A stretch of DNA of 64,000 nucleotides from Planctomycetota bacterium (GTDB lineage Bacteria; Pseudomonadota; Gammaproteobacteria; Eutrophobiales; Eutrophobiaceae), in the NCBI GenBank assembly GCA_047638675.1, contig JBLIML010000003.1, positions 20,525-84,524 on the forward strand, given 5' to 3'. Positions 60,708-64,000 of this stretch are shown here, piece by piece. How positions within the stretch are numbered: the stretch's first letter is position 1; each line of letters starts with the position of its first letter. A program made the position numbers and the translations under genes. The notes below the pieces were generated by a model. The model made no database searches. It saw only the letters and a program-made list of their open reading frames with translations, and had not been told where the DNA came from.

Positions 60708-62121
60708 TTTTGATAGACACGTGATGGGAAGGGTCAAGAGTATCCATTTCGTTGGCGTGGGCGGCGCTGGCATGAGTGGTATTGCCGAAGTGTTGCACAA
60801 TCTGGGCTACCAGATTACTGGCTCCGACATCAAGCAGAATCAAGCGACACAGCATTTGCAGGGCCTTGGTGTTCATGTAAACACACAGCATAAAGAAGCG
60901 CACATTAACGGTAGTGATGTGGTCGTGGTCTCCAGTGCGGTTGATGCCGATAATCCTGAGTTGATTGCGGCCAGGAAAAAACGCATTCCGATTGTACGAC
61001 GCGCGGAAATGCTCGCAGAACTGATGCGTTTTCGTCAGGGCATTGCCATCGCTGGCACGCACGGCAAGACCACCACAACCAGTCTGATCGCCAGTGTTCT
61101 GGCAGAAGCAGGTCTGGATCCTACTTATGTCATAGGTGGTTTGCTAAATAGTAGAGGATCAAACGCGAGGCTTGGCACGGGTAAGTTCCTGGTTGCCGAA
61201 GCAGACGAAAGTGATGCGTCATTTTTACATTTGCAGCCCGTGATGACAGTGCTCACTAATGTAGACAGCGATCATCTCGATACTTACGGCGGTGATTTTC
61301 AGAACCTTAAAAACAATTTTCTCGAATTTCTTCACCGTCTTCCTTTTTATGGTCTTGCAGTATTGTGTATCGATGATGCTGGCATTAATTCGATTTTACC
61401 AAAAATAAGCAGACCATTTGTGACATACGGTATGAGCGATGATGCTGATTATCGTGCTCAGGACATCCGTCATGATAAAGGCAAAACCTATTTTACCGTG
61501 TCGAAAGCCGGCCAGGAAAACTGGCTTGAAATTGAGTTGAATATGCCTGGCAATCATAACGTGCTTAACGCGCTTGCAGCGATTGCGATTGCCGCCGAGC
61601 TCGATGTAAAAGAGGACGCAATAATTAGTGCCCTCTCGGGCTTCGCTGGTATTGCAAGACGCTGTGATGTTTTTGGGGAAATCACCATCCTGGGGAAAAA
61701 GATTTTGCTCATTGATGATTATGCACATCATCCCTGCGAAATTGCCGCCATCAAGGAGTCTGTAAGGCTGGGTTGGCCCGGGCAACGTATTGTCGCAATT
61801 TTTCAACCACATCGATTTAGCCGGACTCGTGATCTCTTTGACGAATTCTGCCAGATACTTTCCGAGTTTGATGTCTTGATTTTATTGGACGTATATGCGG
61901 CAGGCGAAGTTGCCATCCCTGGCGCTGATAGTCATGCCCTCAGTCGAAGCATTCGAATGCGCGGCAAACTGGATCCTTTGTTTGTGGAGAACCGCGAAGA
62001 ATTGCGAACAATGCTACCCAACATTGTTCAGGATGAGGACATTCTCCTGGTGATGGGAGCGGGCGACATCGGCACGTTGGGGCGGGAGCTACATGAATGT
62101 TACGGAGAACCATTACATTGA
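60694..62121 (+). CDS. murC: UDP-MurNAc:L-alanine ligase
   Basis: It has IHFVGVGGAGMSGIAEVL and GTHGKTTTT. The start is the GTG at 60694 or the ATG at 60724. Confidence 0.95.
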   Translation: MPVPDFDRHVMGRVKSIHFVGVGGAGMSGIAEVLHNLGYQITGSDIKQNQATQHLQGLGVHVNTQHKEAHINGSDVVVVSSAVDADNPELIAARKKRIPIVRRAEMLAELMRFRQGIAIAGTHGKTTTTSLIASVLAEAGLDPTYVIGGLLNSRGSNARLGTGKFLVAEADESDASFLHLQPVMTVLTNVDSDHLDTYGGDFQNLKNNFLEFLHRLPFYGLAVLCIDDAGINSILPKISRPFVTYGMSDDADYRAQDIRHDKGKTYFTVSKAGQENWLEIELNMPGNHNVLNALAAIAIAAELDVKEDAIISALSGFAGIARRCDVFGEITILGKKILLIDDYAHHPCEIAAIKESVRLGWPGQRIVAIFQPHRFSRTRDLFDEFCQILSEFDVLILLDVYAAGEVAIPGADSHALSRSIRMRGKLDPLFVENREELRTMLPNIVQDEDILLVMGAGDIGTLGRELHECYGEPLH

Positions 62122-62181
62122 GGAGCCTGGGTTTTGGAAGCAGCTTTGATTGAAACGACTTATGGTTCGGATGGTTTAGCC

Positions 62182-63051
62182 ATGCAAGGAACTTTATTAC
62201 TTGATGAAGCGATGGCAAAGCACACCTCCTGGCGGACTGGCGGTAAGGCCGATAGATACTATATTCCGGCAGATCTTGAAGATTTGTCTTTATTTCTGTC
62301 TCAACTGAATGATGAAGAGGAAATTTTGTGGCTTGGTCTCGGGAGCAATCTGTTAGTGCGCGACGGCGGGATCAAAGGAACCGTGATTGCGAGCAGCGGA
62401 GTATTAAATGAGATGAGCTTGCAATCACCAAACATTCGGGTAGGCGCTGGCCTGCCATGCGCGAAAGCCGCCAGATTTAGCGCGAGTAATGGCTTGTCTG
62501 GAGCCGAGTTTCTCGCGGGAATTCCCGGCACTATTGGCGGCGCCCTGGCCATGAATGCCGGTGCTTTTGGTGGTGAGATGTGGGATATCGTAAGTAGTGT
62601 GGAAACCATAAATCGACGGGGCGAAAGACGAATACGGCAGGTCGATGAATTTGAGACGGCCTATCGTTATGTCAACATCGATATTGACGAATGGTTTGTT
62701 TCAGCGAATCTGGTCTTAAGAAACGATAATAAACAGATCGCTCGCTCGAACATTCGAGAATTACTTGCACAACGCTCTGCGAGTCAGCCCATTGGCGAAC
62801 CCAGTTGTGGTTCTGTTTTTCGCAATCCAGAAGGAGATTACGCAGGAAGACTCATTGAAGCTTGTGGTTTAAAAGGCAAGTCTATAGGTGGCGCAAGTGT
62901 TTCTGAAAAGCACGCGAATTTTATTATCAATAAAGGTAATGCGACTGCCGCAGATATTGAAAAACTTATCCTGCACATACAAGAAACTGTCGAAGCAAAG
63001 CACCATGTGCTATTGCAGACCGAAGTTCGCATAGCGGGAAATTCAAAGTGA
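62182..63051 (+). CDS. murB: UDP-N-acetylenolpyruvoylglucosamine reductase
   Basis: About 290 aa from the Met at 62182. It has the blocks HTSWRTGGKA, LGLGSNLLVRD and SCGSVFRNP. Confidence 0.9.
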   Translation: MQGTLLLDEAMAKHTSWRTGGKADRYYIPADLEDLSLFLSQLNDEEEILWLGLGSNLLVRDGGIKGTVIASSGVLNEMSLQSPNIRVGAGLPCAKAARFSASNGLSGAEFLAGIPGTIGGALAMNAGAFGGEMWDIVSSVETINRRGERRIRQVDEFETAYRYVNIDIDEWFVSANLVLRNDNKQIARSNIRELLAQRSASQPIGEPSCGSVFRNPEGDYAGRLIEACGLKGKSIGGASVSEKHANFIINKGNATAADIEKLILHIQETVEAKHHVLLQTEVRIAGNSK

Positions 63052-63070
63052 TTAATTTACCGGTTGAGAT

Positions 63071-64000
63071 ATGAGCTCACGTAAAACCAAAGATATGTAT
63101 GGAAATCGCTACGGAAAAGTGGCGGTTTTGATGGGAGGTGATTCGGCCGAGCGCGTTATTTCTCTTGAGACTGGACGCGCGGTGCATGCGGCTTTGTGTC
63201 GACGAGGCATTGATGCTACGGCTTTGGATGCAAGAGACGGAGTAATAAAAAAATTATTGGAAGGAAAGTTTGACCGGGTATTTATCGCCTTACATGGCCG
63301 GGGAGGGGAAGACGGGGTGATCCAGGGTGCCCTGGATACCTTATCAATTCCCTACACGGGTAGTGGAGTGTTGGGGTCGGCCCTCGCCATGGATAAAGTG
63401 CGCAGCAAAATTATTTGGCAACAACATGGTTTGCTGACACCAGAATTTATGGAAGTGCATAGCGAACAAGATCTTCGTCTGGCGGTTGAAAAAATCGGAC
63501 TGCCCATGATGGTAAAACCTGTACATGAAGGATCCAGCTGTGGAGCAAGTAAGCTGACCGAGGTAGCAGATATTAAGAATGCCTGGCGTATCGCAAATCA
63601 ATTTGAAGATGGTGTGATGGCCGAAAGCTGGGTGAATGGCGATGAATACACTGCGGCAATTCTTGGACAGCAGGTTTTGCCCTTGATCCTCCTGAAGACG
63701 CCGCATGAGTTTTATGACTATCAGGCAAAATATGAAGTGGATACTACGCAATATATTTGTCCGTGTGGGCTTGATGAAAAACGCGAAAAAGCGATCAGCG
63801 CAATTGCATTGAGGGCCTTCAACGTCGTAGGTGCCAGCGGATGGGGACGCGTTGATCTATTTGTTGACCAGGTCGGGAACGTTAACTTGATTGAGGTCAA
63901 TACGGTACCGGGTATGACAAGTCACTCTCTGGTGCCAATGGCGGCCAGACAGGCCGGTCTGGAGTTTGATGACCTTGTGTTACGTATACTTGATACCAGC
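63071..64000 (+). CDS. ddl: D-alanine--D-alanine ligase (3' end outside the window)
   Basis: It is not in the ORF track because no stop falls inside the window. My translation from the ATG at 63071 is open to base 64000: MSSRKTKDMYGNRYGKVAVLMGGDSAER...HGRGGEDGVIQG...GWGRVDLF...EVNTVPGMTSHSLVP. Confidence 0.9.
   Translation, partial: MSSRKTKDMYGNRYGKVAVLMGGDSAERVISLETGRAVHAALCRRGIDATALDARDGVIKKLLEGKFDRVFIALHGRGGEDGVIQGALDTLSIPYTGSGVLGSALAMDKVRSKIIWQQHGLLTPEFMEVHSEQDLRLAVEKIGLPMMVKPVHEGSSCGASKLTEVADIKNAWRIANQFEDGVMAESWVNGDEYTAAILGQQVLPLILLKTPHEFYDYQAKYEVDTTQYICPCGLDEKREKAISAIALRAFNVVGASGWGRVDLFVDQVGNVNLIEVNTVPGMTSHSLVPMAARQAGLEFDDLVLRILDTS

Noticed and set aside
60694-64000. murB located between murC and ddl, as a possible rearrangement of the dcw cluster
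   Set aside because: To my recollection this order occurs in several proteobacterial lineages. Nothing in the sequence (no repeats, no scars) suggests a recent event.

Overview
This is a gammaproteobacterial chromosome segment in two parts. Bases 1-24,050 are accessory. They hold a TetR-associated module (DmfA2-like amidase, TonB-dependent receptor, TIGR04076 protein, aldo/keto reductase) and a five-gene minus-strand operon (amidohydrolase, hydantoinase/oxoprolinase HyuA and HyuB, NCS1 permease, quinone oxidoreductase). They also hold two paralogous MFS transporters and a secreted amidohydrolase/DUF4440 pair. The accessory part ends in a decayed, repeat-rich junction containing a receptor fragment, relBE, a purine nucleoside permease islet and an IS3 remnant. 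Bases 24,050-64,000 are conserved core: yajC-secDF, pdxB, purN, NAT, gloA, an RND exporter, mlaC-ibaG-murA-hisGD, a DegS/AlgW-type protease, petABC, sspAB, dolP-diaA-yraN-lpoA / rsmI, RNase P RNA, yaaA, and the dcw cluster from mraZ to a 3'-truncated ddl. From memory, the gene order resembles the Pseudomonas mla-murA-his / pet-ssp / yra / dcw region. I found no CRISPR array, functional tRNA, rRNA, intact transposase or recognisable defence system. The best-supported unusual signals are non-coding. First, a family of three nested-palindrome MITEs, each flanked by its own 8-bp AT-rich target-site duplication; two of them bracket gloA in inverted orientation. Second, a 150-370 bp module present three times, directly upstream of relBE, upstream of the permease islet and upstream of yajC. 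Third, roughly 100-bp direct repeats flanking the permease gene. All protein calls rest on motif and family recognition by eye; no database search was possible.
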